Assembly: GCA_903841185.1 (NCBI GenBank)
Contig: CAIMIV010000019.1
Location: 1 to 48,813, forward strand
Direction: 5' to 3'
DNA: 48,813 nucleotides
Source: an uncultured bacterium
GTDB taxonomy: Bacteria > Patescibacteriota > Minisyncoccia > Moranbacterales > UBA2206
Positions 8,613 to 17,233 of the stretch are shown here, piece by piece. The translations under genes and the position numbers were made by a program. The notes under the pieces were generated by a model, which had not been told where the DNA came from, did not search any database, and was given only the letters and a program-made list of their open reading frames with translations. Positions within the stretch are counted from its first letter, which is position 1; every line of letters starts with the position of its first letter.

Positions 8613-10568
8613 ATGTATAACATGGAAGGATTGCCTCCGGTATTACCTCCGGAAAAAATAATCGAAGCCAACAATCTAAGGGAAAGAAACAGAAATGACA
8701 AAAGTATAATACGAGACTTAGATTATATTTTGGGTCAAATGGATGCACAGGATGCGACAGCTATCGCTAAGAGAAGAGTTGATTTCTCCGAAAAAATGGA
8801 TAGTCAAATATTTGAACTTAGGAAAATAGGATTTGAAAAAGCGGTTACTGTAAATACTCGTTACAAGTTTGCCGAAGATATTCTGGCGCATCTCTCTTTT
8901 AAACCTAATTTTTTAGGAAAACTCCATGAGTCTAATCAAGAAAGAGAGCAAAAAGCTGAAAAACATGGTGATGAATATGCTTTTGATGTCGATGCTTTCC
9001 AACAAAAATTTATTCAAGAAAACAACGGCATTTTAAGTGAAAGAGATACCGCTATTGAAAATCAAAAAAGAATAGTGGAAACATTACAGCGGTTATTGGA
9101 AAATGATGATGAATTTGGAGAGGAATATATTAAGTTGTTAGACCAGGCCAGCGAAGAGTTGAGTAATCAGGAATCAGCGCGCGATAGCATCATTTTAGAT
9201 AAGGCCATGGATGTTCTTACGGGTCTTCCTTTTTCAGATAATTTAATTGCAGAAATAGAAAAATTTAGAAAAGAAATGGAGCTTGCTACTGCAGAAAAGA
9301 ATTCTTTGCAAGCAGAGGTAATTGATTGGGAAATAGCACCTGCTGATGACAAGCCTTACTTGTCGGGTGGGCCTAATAGAGTTATGGACGGTCAATCTGG
9401 TGAAATGATGAATTATGAAAGATTGGAATATATTGAAAGCTTAAAGCCTAACAAGATTTATACTTCAACTGAATCAACTGCAAGCAGGGAATATCGGGCA
9501 TATGAATTTGATAACTGCGTTGCAATCGCATCTCCTTTCGCATTGCACGCGATTTATGTGATGGGTATAAATAATTGGAAAGATATTGCTAAAAAGGGAA
9601 AAAAAGATTTGAGATTTAGTGGGGCAGTGCAACTTAAAAATGTTGCTGGTTGGGAGGATAGATTAAGGAAATTTGTTGATAGGGAAATAGTGCTGGATAA
9701 TGTAGCTGAAGAAGGCGCAGAATTAGATAGGGAGGAACAGTTGATACTTTTAGTTAGGAAAAAGATTTTTACAGCGCATCCAGAAATAGAAACTTTCATC
9801 AAAGAAGGAGACTTTGAGGAGGCTAAGAAGCTTTTAAAAAAGATAAAACGTACTGATTTAGTTGAAATGCATCTCCCTGATGTATATTCTAATTTCGGTC
9901 TTTTTAGAGATATGATGATGACTTGTTTCCCGGATATTGATTTGAGTCCAGAAGATTTTAAGCATTCTAAGAAGCGTAAATTTAAATGGATATCCAGGGA
10001 AGAAACTATAAGCAATGTTAGGGAGACTATTTTTGAGCAGTTTCCAGAAATTAAAGAGGCATTAGAATCAAATGACGAAGAAAACGTTAAGTTATATTTA
10101 TCGATACTTTCAGATGATGATTTTATTGACATGGGATTGCGAGCCGTTGTGAAGGGCAAGGCTATTTTATCAACTGTAAGAATGGCTTTAGTGGAGAGTT
10201 TTCCAGAAATTACAAATTTAAGTGAATTTTTGGGAAAGAGTAATCCAAAGAAAAGATACGGCAATAAAGATGAGAAAAAAAAGGCATGGGGAGAGAGAAT
10301 AAGAACGGAGATATTGAAGGATATCCCTGAACTTAAAGAATTAATCAACGATGAAAAAAATGAGCAGGCCAAAATGTTGATTATAGCAACAATAAAAAAA
10401 GAGGGTGCTGCTAATTTTATTAAACGCATCGCATATGGATTTTATGGGGCTAGCCTGGGTGGAAGCATAAAGATATTTATTGAGCTTGCTTTTCCAGAGC
10501 TAAATTGGTCAGATGTAAATTTAGGCAAAAAAAATATGCAAATAAAAGATGAGAGGGAAAAAATTTGA
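8613..10568 (+). CDS. Hypothetical protein, coiled-coil N-terminal half and three ~92-aa C-terminal repeats
   Basis: 651-aa uninterrupted ORF, AT-richer than its neighbours. The motif (F/I/H)P(E/D)(I/L) recurs six times in the last ~270 aa. I recognise no family. Confidence 0.6.
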   Translation: MYNMEGLPPVLPPEKIIEANNLRERNRNDKSIIRDLDYILGQMDAQDATAIAKRRVDFSEKMDSQIFELRKIGFEKAVTVNTRYKFAEDILAHLSFKPNFLGKLHESNQEREQKAEKHGDEYAFDVDAFQQKFIQENNGILSERDTAIENQKRIVETLQRLLENDDEFGEEYIKLLDQASEELSNQESARDSIILDKAMDVLTGLPFSDNLIAEIEKFRKEMELATAEKNSLQAEVIDWEIAPADDKPYLSGGPNRVMDGQSGEMMNYERLEYIESLKPNKIYTSTESTASREYRAYEFDNCVAIASPFALHAIYVMGINNWKDIAKKGKKDLRFSGAVQLKNVAGWEDRLRKFVDREIVLDNVAEEGAELDREEQLILLVRKKIFTAHPEIETFIKEGDFEEAKKLLKKIKRTDLVEMHLPDVYSNFGLFRDMMMTCFPDIDLSPEDFKHSKKRKFKWISREETISNVRETIFEQFPEIKEALESNDEENVKLYLSILSDDDFIDMGLRAVVKGKAILSTVRMALVESFPEITNLSEFLGKSNPKKRYGNKDEKKKAWGERIRTEILKDIPELKELINDEKNEQAKMLIIATIKKEGAANFIKRIAYGFYGASLGGSIKIFIELAFPELNWSDVNLGKKNMQIKDEREKI

Positions 10569-10811
10569 GTTACTAGAAACGTGTAATGTCAATCCTTCAA
10601 AGCTTGCCTTATTGGATTAAAATTGCTATAAGGTATATAGGTATAAAAAGAACTGTAAGGGTTCTTTTATGCTTTCTTTGACAACTTAAGGTTTTTTTAA
10701 ATAAAAAAACTATCAAATAATCACAGCCGGCGGAGGCGGCGATGCAAAGTGGGTATCTGGCGTTTACTGGGCTAAAACAATCAAAAAAACTAGGAAGAAA
10801 TGGAGGAAAAG

Positions 10812-11858
10812 ATGACACAGACAAGAAAACTGGATGCCTACTCGAAAGCAGGTGTTAATATTGATGCAGGAATGCTATTTGTCGAAATGATCAAGGATCG
10901 GTTCGCAAAAGCTTGGCCTGGCACAGAGAGAAATATTGGCGGGTTTGCGGGAACGGTGCCTGTCCCTAAGGGAGTGCGATCTATGGTGGCTTCGACCGAT
11001 GGGGTCGGGACAAAGCTCATTCTGGCGGCAGTAATGAATATGTTTGATGGTGTCGGAAGAGATGCTGTTGCTATGTCGGCAGTTGACAGTTATGTTGCTG
11101 GCATAAAACCAAGTTATCTTCTGGATTATTTCGCGACTGGATTACTGGATCCGGAAAAACACATCGCTATCATTGATAGTCTTATTGCGGGGTGTAAGGA
11201 TGCTTGCTGTCAGATTATTGGCGGTGAGTCAGCTGAAATGCCAGGTTTTTTCAAGCGTGACTGGTACGTTGATTTGGTGACTTTTGCTGTTGGGTTTGAT
11301 GAGAATCCCATAAGGTACGCCCCTTTAAAAGTTGGTCAAAAAGTTTATGGACTTCCTTCTTATGGTGCGGCATCGAATGGCTTTTCACTTCTCAGAAAAG
11401 TCCATGGTCTTAACACGAGTCCATCAAAGATGAGGCGAAAATTAGAGAGCGAATCACTGATGGGGTACCCTTTAGCTGAAGCTTTGCTTAAGCCCACGCC
11501 CATCTGGATCAAGGCGTTGGAAGAAGAGCGTGCCAAAGGGGTAAAATTTTCAGGACACATTCATGTGACTGGCGGTGGATTGGAAGACAATCCTCCGCGG
11601 ATTTTACCATCTGGCTTGAAAATGGTTATTGACAGGAGCTCCTGGGAGCGTCCAGGTATATTCTATTTTACCCAAGAGAAGGGCAAGATTTCCCAACGTG
11701 ATATGGACAGGACGTTCAATAATGGCCTTATGATGTTATCTGTTGTGAGTGACGACGGGGTGCCATTTGATTGTCCCCATGCCTTTGAGATCGGTGTCAT
11801 TGAAAAAAGGAAGGGCAATGAAGCTCAATCAGAGCTTGTTGGCAAGTATTCAGACTAA
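10812..11858 (+). CDS. purM: Phosphoribosylformylglycinamidine cyclo-ligase (AIR synthetase)
   Basis: YSKAGVNIDAG, GGFAG, STDGVGTKL and GGESAEMPG align with PurM. Start could also be at 10800. Confidence 0.88.
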   Translation: MTQTRKLDAYSKAGVNIDAGMLFVEMIKDRFAKAWPGTERNIGGFAGTVPVPKGVRSMVASTDGVGTKLILAAVMNMFDGVGRDAVAMSAVDSYVAGIKPSYLLDYFATGLLDPEKHIAIIDSLIAGCKDACCQIIGGESAEMPGFFKRDWYVDLVTFAVGFDENPIRYAPLKVGQKVYGLPSYGAASNGFSLLRKVHGLNTSPSKMRRKLESESLMGYPLAEALLKPTPIWIKALEEERAKGVKFSGHIHVTGGGLEDNPPRILPSGLKMVIDRSSWERPGIFYFTQEKGKISQRDMDRTFNNGLMMLSVVSDDGVPFDCPHAFEIGVIEKRKGNEAQSELVGKYSD

Positions 11859-11890
11859 ATCAATACAGATTGAATTATTTTGAAGCATAT

Positions 11891-11931
11891 GGAGTCATCG
11901 GTAGCGCAACGCTGCTGATGACTCTTTTTTT
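11891..11931 (+). terminator. Rho-independent terminator after purM
   Basis: GGAGTCATC...GATGACTC followed by a T7 run. Confidence 0.7.
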
Positions 11932-11998
11932 ATCCACATTTGATTTTATCCGTGCTTAGGTGATATAATAAACAGGTAAAAATAAGGTTTTATAAAAT

Positions 11999-13246
11999 AT
12001 GAAAATTTTGAAAAAACAGGACCCAAAAATCTACAAAGCGATTGCCGGAGAGCTCAAAAGACAACAGGAAGGGATGGAGATGATTGCCAGTGAGAACTAT
12101 GTTTCCGAAGCGGTGTTGGAAGCCATCGGCTCGATTTTGACCAATAAATATTCCGAAGGCTATCCCGGCAAGAGATATTACGGCGGGCAGGAATATATTG
12201 ACGTAGTGGAAAGCTTGGCCATTTCTCGTGCTAAAGAGCTTTTCGGGGCGGAGCACGTGAATGTGCAACCGCATTCCGGGGCGCCGGCTAATATGATTGC
12301 CTATAGCGCCGTACTGCAACCGGGGGACAAGATTCTGGGCATGGATCTTTCACATGGCGGGCATCTGACGCACGGTCATCCCGTGACGCTTTCCGCCAAC
12401 ATCTACAAGTTCGTGGGTTATAAGACGGAAAAGAACGGGAAAATAGATTACAAAAAATTGGAGGCGTTGGCTATCCAAGAAAAACCGAAAATGATTTTGG
12501 CCGGATTTTCTGCCTATACCCGACAACTGGATTATAAAAAATTTGCCGCCATTGCCAAGAAAGTGGGCGCCATTTCTATGATTGACATCGCCCACATCGC
12601 AGGCCTCATTGCCGGCAAGGCCATCCCTAGTCCGGTGCCCTATTTTGACATTGTCACTACCACCACTCACAAAACTTTGCGCGGACCGCGCGGAGGGATG
12701 GTGATGTGCAAAGAAAAATATGCCAAGGCCATTGATAAAGCGACTTTTCCCGGTTTTCAGGGCGGGCCGCACGAGCAGGTGATTGCCGGCAAAGCCGTGG
12801 CTTTTGGCGAGGCTTTGAAGCCGGCGTTTGCCAAATACGCGCGGCAGATTATCCTGAATGCCAAGGTTTTGGAATTGGAACTGAAAAACTACGGGTTCAA
12901 AATCATGTTCGGTGGCACGGATAACCATATGGTGCTGGTGGATGTTTTCGGCAGCAAAGGCGTGACTGGCAAAGAAGCGGACGCGGCTTTGGACAAGATT
13001 GGCATCACGGTGAATAAGAATGTCATCCCGGATGATCCGCGCTCGCCGATGGACCCGAGCGGAGTGCGCATCGGAGTGGCGGCGGTCACCACGCGTGGCA
13101 TGAAAGAAAAGGAAATTAAGAAAATTGCCCAATGGATAGCTCTGGCCATCGAAAATCACACCGACGAAAAGATCTTGAAAGTTATTCATACGGATGTCAT
13201 GACGCTTTGTAAGAAATTTCCCTTGTATAAAAATTTAAATTGGTAA
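11999..13246 (+). CDS. glyA: Serine hydroxymethyltransferase
   Basis: MIASENYVSEAVLEA, YPGKRYYGG, TTTTHKTLRGPRGG (PLP lysine region). 415 aa. Confidence 0.95.
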   Translation: MKILKKQDPKIYKAIAGELKRQQEGMEMIASENYVSEAVLEAIGSILTNKYSEGYPGKRYYGGQEYIDVVESLAISRAKELFGAEHVNVQPHSGAPANMIAYSAVLQPGDKILGMDLSHGGHLTHGHPVTLSANIYKFVGYKTEKNGKIDYKKLEALAIQEKPKMILAGFSAYTRQLDYKKFAAIAKKVGAISMIDIAHIAGLIAGKAIPSPVPYFDIVTTTTHKTLRGPRGGMVMCKEKYAKAIDKATFPGFQGGPHEQVIAGKAVAFGEALKPAFAKYARQIILNAKVLELELKNYGFKIMFGGTDNHMVLVDVFGSKGVTGKEADAALDKIGITVNKNVIPDDPRSPMDPSGVRIGVAAVTTRGMKEKEIKKIAQWIALAIENHTDEKILKVIHTDVMTLCKKFPLYKNLNW

Positions 13247-13316
13247 AATCTAAAATAAAACGATCGAATTTATATATTTGTACATTCGTATAAATTCGTA
13301 ATTCGTAGAGAATAAC

Positions 13317-14114
13317 ATGAAAGGTATTATTTTATCCGGCGGCACGGCCACACGACTCTTTCCGCTGACTGCCACCACTAGCAAACAACTGCTTCCGATT
13401 TATGATCGGCAGATGATTTTTTATCCGCTCAATATGTTAATCAAAGCCGGAGTGAAAAACATTTTGATGATTGTGGCGCCCGAGCACAGCGGGCAATATT
13501 TGAATTTATTGGGCTCCATCTTTAAAAAATTCGGCATCAACATTTATTTCGAAGTCCAGAAAGTGCCACGGGGATTGGCGGACGCCTTTATTCTAGGAGA
13601 GTCATTTATCGGCAAGAGTGATGTAACAATGCTCCTAGGGGACAACATTTTTGAAGATGATATCTCCAAAGCCATCCGAAATTTCAAATCAGGCGGGATG
13701 ATTTTTGCCAAAGAAGTATCGGATCCGGAAAGATTCGGTATTGTGGAGTTTGATGCGAAGGGCAAAGCGCTTTCCATTGAAGAAAAGCCTGTCAAACCGA
13801 AAAGTAATTTTTGCGTGACCGGTGCCTACATCTATGACAATCGAGTCATTGAAATAGCCAAGAATATGCAGCCGTCTGAGCGGGGAGAGATTGAAATCAC
13901 AGATATCAACAACGCTTTTCTGCAGATGGACGAGCTGGCGGTCAAAAAAATCGAGGGCGAGTGGCTGGACGCCGGAACGTTTGACTCTTTGCTGGAAGCC
14001 GGCAACATCGTGAAGAACAAAGAACTCTACAAAAATTTTGATCCCATCATCGATGCTGCGATTGCGGAATTTAACGCCGAACTGAAAATTTTAGCGAAGA
14101 AAAGATTAAGCTAA
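13317..14114 (+). CDS. rfbA: Glucose-1-phosphate thymidylyltransferase
   Basis: MKGIILSGGTATRLFPLTATTSKQLLPIYDRQMIFYPL matches the RmlA N-terminus. Shorter than usual at 265 aa. Confidence 0.85.
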   Translation: MKGIILSGGTATRLFPLTATTSKQLLPIYDRQMIFYPLNMLIKAGVKNILMIVAPEHSGQYLNLLGSIFKKFGINIYFEVQKVPRGLADAFILGESFIGKSDVTMLLGDNIFEDDISKAIRNFKSGGMIFAKEVSDPERFGIVEFDAKGKALSIEEKPVKPKSNFCVTGAYIYDNRVIEIAKNMQPSERGEIEITDINNAFLQMDELAVKKIEGEWLDAGTFDSLLEAGNIVKNKELYKNFDPIIDAAIAEFNAELKILAKKRLS

Positions 14115-14286
14115 AAAAGATTTATAGGTAATGCCCCAGCACCAATTCCAATAATGATTTGAAGTTAATTTAGAGTTTATTGTGCGTAGGCGCCTGCGGC
14201 TTAACCAGGATGATGCATAAATATTAATTATAGAATTGGTGCGGGGTGTTCATATTTGTAACTTCTCGCTACCGCTCAAGACAAAT

Positions 14287-15147
14287 ATGACAAAGATTAA
14301 AAAAGCCGTTATTGCCGTTGCCGGTTCTGGTACAAGACTTTTGCCAGCCACCAAGGCAATGCCCAAGGAAATGTTGCCGATTGTGGACAAGCCCATTATC
14401 CAGTTGGTGGTAGAAGAGTTGGTTGAGGCAGGTATTGAGGATATTATTTTCGTAACGCGCTGGGACAAAAAACCCTTGGAGGATCATTTTGACCACAGTG
14501 TTGCATTGGAAGATGATCTGAGAAAAAATGGCAAGACTGAGGCGGCTGATAGGATTTCCAAGATTGCTGAAATGGCCAATTTTGTGCACGTGCGACAAAA
14601 GGGTCCCTATGGCAATGGAACACCGGTTTTGTCCGCAGCCAGTTTGGTGGATGATGAACCCTTTATCTTTTGTTTCGGAGATGACCTGGTGAAATCAAAA
14701 ACCTCTTTCACCAAACAGATGGTGGAAGATTATGAAAAAACCGGCAATTTGATTATGGGCGTGCAAGAAGTGAAGCAGGCGGACGTGGTCAGATATGGCA
14801 TAGTTAAATTGAAAGAAGGCACTAATCAGATGGAGGATATTATTGAAAAACCTTCTATCGAAGAAGCGCCTTCTCGCTTGGCTGGTTTTGGAAGATATAT
14901 TTTGAATCAAGAAATCATTGATATCTTGAGAAGCACCAGTCTTGGCAAGGGGAATGAACTTTGGATAACTGATGCTATCAAAGAATATATCCGAAGAGGC
15001 GGAGTCTTTTTAGCCAAAGAGATCAAGGATGGACAATGGCTAACCACCGGCGATCCTGCCAATTATTTGAAGAGTATTTTGGCCTATGCTTCGGACAGAG
15101 AAGATTTGAAAGAGACGCTAGCTGAATTTATTCAATCTCAGAAATAG
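14287..15147 (+). CDS. galU: UTP-glucose-1-phosphate uridylyltransferase
   Basis: KKAVIAVAGSGTRLLPATKAMPKEMLPIVDKPIIQ matches GalU. Start moved to ATG 14287; the 14236 start in the ORF track is a TTG. Confidence 0.88.
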   Translation: MTKIKKAVIAVAGSGTRLLPATKAMPKEMLPIVDKPIIQLVVEELVEAGIEDIIFVTRWDKKPLEDHFDHSVALEDDLRKNGKTEAADRISKIAEMANFVHVRQKGPYGNGTPVLSAASLVDDEPFIFCFGDDLVKSKTSFTKQMVEDYEKTGNLIMGVQEVKQADVVRYGIVKLKEGTNQMEDIIEKPSIEEAPSRLAGFGRYILNQEIIDILRSTSLGKGNELWITDAIKEYIRRGGVFLAKEIKDGQWLTTGDPANYLKSILAYASDREDLKETLAEFIQSQK

Positions 15148-15148
15148 G

Positions 15149-16303
15149 ATGAAAATTGCCATTCAAGTCGCTGATTTGGATCATGCTCGCATTGACGGAA
15201 CGCGAGTGTATATTGCTAATCTATTGAAACACTTTGGACGGCTGGACAAGCAGACGGATTTTTTGTTGTTGCACAGAAAGGAATTTAATTCCGAGTTGGC
15301 GCCGCCTAGCTTTCCGAATTTCCAGGTGCGCAAAACTCCTTTTCCTTGGTTGTGGACGCAAACCCGCTTTGCCTATGAGTTATGGAAATCTCGGGCAAAT
15401 GTGGTGTGGATGCCGATGGCGGCTTTACCGTTGTGGCGTCGAAAAAAAATGCAGACGGTGATAACCATCCATGACCTGGCCTTCAAGCATTTCCCGGCAA
15501 CTTTTCCGGCACGCGATTTGCGCAAGCTGAATTTTTTTGCGGACTATTCGATTCGGCGGGCGGACAAAATCATTGCTATTTCCGAGGCGACTAAAAAAGA
15601 TATCCTCAAATTTTATCCGGAGGTCAACGCGGAAAAAATCCGGGTGATCTATCATGGTTTCAGCGCAGAGATTTTTGGTGAAAAGCGGGACGTGGCCAGA
15701 GAGGTGGAACTGAAAAAGCAGTGGGGAATTCAGGGGAATTATATTTTATATTCCGGCGCCCTGCAGCCTCGCAAGAACATCGAAAGATTGATTGAGGCTT
15801 TTGACTTATTAAAAAGCCGGAAGCAAAAGGAGCTAAGCTCCCAAGCTTGGGAGCTTAGCTCCTTTTGCGCTCTCAAATTGGTTTTGGCTGGTGAAAAGGC
15901 TTGGTTATGGGAATCTATTGCAAAAAAGGCTAAAAATAGCGCATATTCTGCGGACATTATAATGCCTGGTAGGGTCAAATTTTGCGATATAGGCCACTTG
16001 TTCCGGGGGGCCAGTGTCTTTGTCTATCCTTCGCTCTATGAAGGCTTTGGCATCACAATTCTAGAGGCTTTTGCTGCGGGGGTGCCACTGCTCACCGCTT
16101 CTAATTCTTCTTTGCCGGAAGTGGCGGGGGACGGCGCTTTATATTTTGACGCCCAAGACACCCGGCAATTGAGTGCGCAGCTGGAAAAAATCCTGACTTC
16201 CTCGCAGCTGCAGGCGGAACTGATCGCCAAAGGCCAAGCGCGTTTGCCGGCTTTTTCCTGGGAAAAATGTGCACAAGAAACGCTGAGCTATTTGACAGAA
16301 TAG
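15149..16303 (+). CDS. Glycosyltransferase, GT4 family, carrying an in-frame palindromic insertion
   Basis: C-terminal motif VYPSLYEGFGITILEAFAAGVPLLTASNSSLPEV. The loop between the two Rossmann halves holds the 46-bp palindrome at 15823-15868. Confidence 0.8.
   Translation: MKIAIQVADLDHARIDGTRVYIANLLKHFGRLDKQTDFLLLHRKEFNSELAPPSFPNFQVRKTPFPWLWTQTRFAYELWKSRANVVWMPMAALPLWRRKKMQTVITIHDLAFKHFPATFPARDLRKLNFFADYSIRRADKIIAISEATKKDILKFYPEVNAEKIRVIYHGFSAEIFGEKRDVAREVELKKQWGIQGNYILYSGALQPRKNIERLIEAFDLLKSRKQKELSSQAWELSSFCALKLVLAGEKAWLWESIAKKAKNSAYSADIIMPGRVKFCDIGHLFRGASVFVYPSLYEGFGITILEAFAAGVPLLTASNSSLPEVAGDGALYFDAQDTRQLSAQLEKILTSSQLQAELIAKGQARLPAFSWEKCAQETLSYLTE
15823..15868. repeat. Perfect 46-bp palindrome inside the GT4 coding sequence
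   Basis: GCAAAAGGAGCTAAGCTCCCAAG / CTTGGGAGCTTAGCTCCTTTTGC: the two 23-nt halves are exact reverse complements. It lies in frame and encodes QKELSSQAWELSSFC. Confidence 0.95.
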
Positions 16304-16320
16304 CTTTTTTGGCGTATAAT
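16292..16320 (+). promoter_or_regulatory. Consensus promoter TTGACA-17-TATAAT
   Basis: The -35 element lies inside the last codons of the GT4 gene. Drives small-ORF cassette 1. Confidence 0.55.
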
Positions 16321-16392
16321 AGATAATCGTGGTTCTTTGGCCAAAAAAATAACCGATGTTTCATTTCAACTCAACAGGAAGGAGATTTTATT

Positions 16393-16728
16393 ATGAAAGA
16401 TGCTTCGCAGGAAACTCCAAAAAAAAATAATCAGGGCAAAGTTGCTATAATTTTTTGTGCAATATCTGTTTTGTCGGCAGTAGGTGGTATATGGGCTACT
16501 TATTACTTTCTCTCAAATATGAGACTATTGCAAAATGCGTATAATGTCGCGCACGCGAAAGAACTTTTTGAGGGAGATCTTCGACTGAAAAAATGCTTAG
16601 GCGAGAATCGATATTTTGAGCTCACAGCTAAGCCGTGCAAAGCAGTTGATGGCAAGGAGGCATTATGCTTTGCCACGACGGGCGACTTTCAACGCTATCG
16701 GATCTTTCAAGGATTGTGCTTGAAATAA
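16393..16728 (+). CDS. Hypothetical single-pass membrane protein
   Basis: Strong SD (GGAAGGAG) 8 nt upstream, one TM helix (VAIIFCAISVLSAVGGIWATYYF), own promoter and terminator. Confidence 0.5.
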   Translation: MKDASQETPKKNNQGKVAIIFCAISVLSAVGGIWATYYFLSNMRLLQNAYNVAHAKELFEGDLRLKKCLGENRYFELTAKPCKAVDGKEALCFATTGDFQRYRIFQGLCLK

Positions 16729-16747
16729 TGAACATTCGCCCCGCCCA

Positions 16748-16789
16748 AAATCCCGTTATTTGCAGAATTGCGAATAGCGGGATTTTTTT
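16748..16789 (+). terminator. Terminator of small-ORF cassette 1
   Basis: AATCCCGTTATTTGC-AGAA-TTGCGAATAGCGGGATT followed by a T7 run. Confidence 0.65.
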
Positions 16790-16806
16790 ATTTGATGCAC
16801 AGCTAT

Positions 16807-16835
16807 TTGATAAAATGGATTTTTTAGTGTATGGT
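16807..16835 (+). promoter_or_regulatory. Promoter TTGATA-17-TATGGT
   Basis: Drives small-ORF cassette 2. The downstream leader resembles that of cassette 1 (GTTCTTTGGC). Confidence 0.4.
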
Positions 16836-16908
16836 GGTAAATAAGTGAAGTTCTTTGGCTAATGCTAGTTTGGTATTTTCATTTTAACGCAAGGGAGGAT
16901 GTACTATT

Positions 16909-17115
16909 ATGAAAAGCGGAACAAATGAGTATCTAAAGATTGCTAGTGAAAAGTATAAGAAAGAAGAGACTGAAGAGACGCGTGCCATATTTGCTCTTGT
17001 GTGCGTCTGCTTATTTATAGTAGGCTTGGTATGGCTAGCTCAGGACTTGAGGGGTAGCGCTCCTAAAGTTAAAGTATTTCAGAGTGTGGATAGTAGTATC
17101 CAGCTCAAAAAATGA
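16909..17115 (+). CDS. Hypothetical single-pass membrane protein
   Basis: SD GGGAGGA upstream, one TM helix (AIFALVCVCLFIVGLVWLA). Its promoter, leader and terminator are paralogous to those of the preceding cassette. Confidence 0.45.
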   Translation: MKSGTNEYLKIASEKYKKEETEETRAIFALVCVCLFIVGLVWLAQDLRGSAPKVKVFQSVDSSIQLKK

Positions 17116-17130
17116 TTACACGCTAGTCCA

Positions 17131-17172
17131 AGATCCCCCTATTTGCGAACTCGCAAGTGGTGGGATTTTTTT
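17131..17172 (+). terminator. Terminator of small-ORF cassette 2 (paralogous to 16748-16789)
   Basis: Imperfect hairpin ending GGTGGGAT followed by a T7 run. The tail GGGATTTTTTTATTTG is identical to that of cassette 1. Confidence 0.55.
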
Positions 17173-17233
17173 ATTTGTGGTATAATATAAATAGAGAAAT
17201 TAAATAAAAATAAAAATAAAAAATATAAACACT

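Noticed and set aside
9554-10429. 291-aa minus-strand ORF
   Set aside because: Antisense to the 651-aa ORF. Its S/L/I-rich low-complexity composition is what the reverse complement of a K/E-rich gene produces. The longer plus-strand ORF is preferred.
10720-10799. Possible ZTP (pfl) or purine riboswitch upstream of purM
   Set aside because: CTGGCG and CTGGGC-like strings are present but only 4 nt apart. The required pseudoknot/P3 layout and the CCGCCTGGGCA box are absent. I cannot support a riboswitch call without a covariance-model search.
12350-13189. 279-aa minus-strand ORF
   Set aside because: Antisense shadow of glyA. The same reasoning applies to 1854-2414 (Wzz-like gene), 4072-4668 (asnB), 24762-25436 (dxr) and 46270-46770 (MFS gene).
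13265-13298. Inverted repeat CGAATTTATA...TATAAATTCG and ATTCGTA iterations in the glyA-rfbA spacer
   Set aside because: AT-rich low-complexity sequence. It could be a weak terminator or operator, but it cannot be distinguished from chance by eye.
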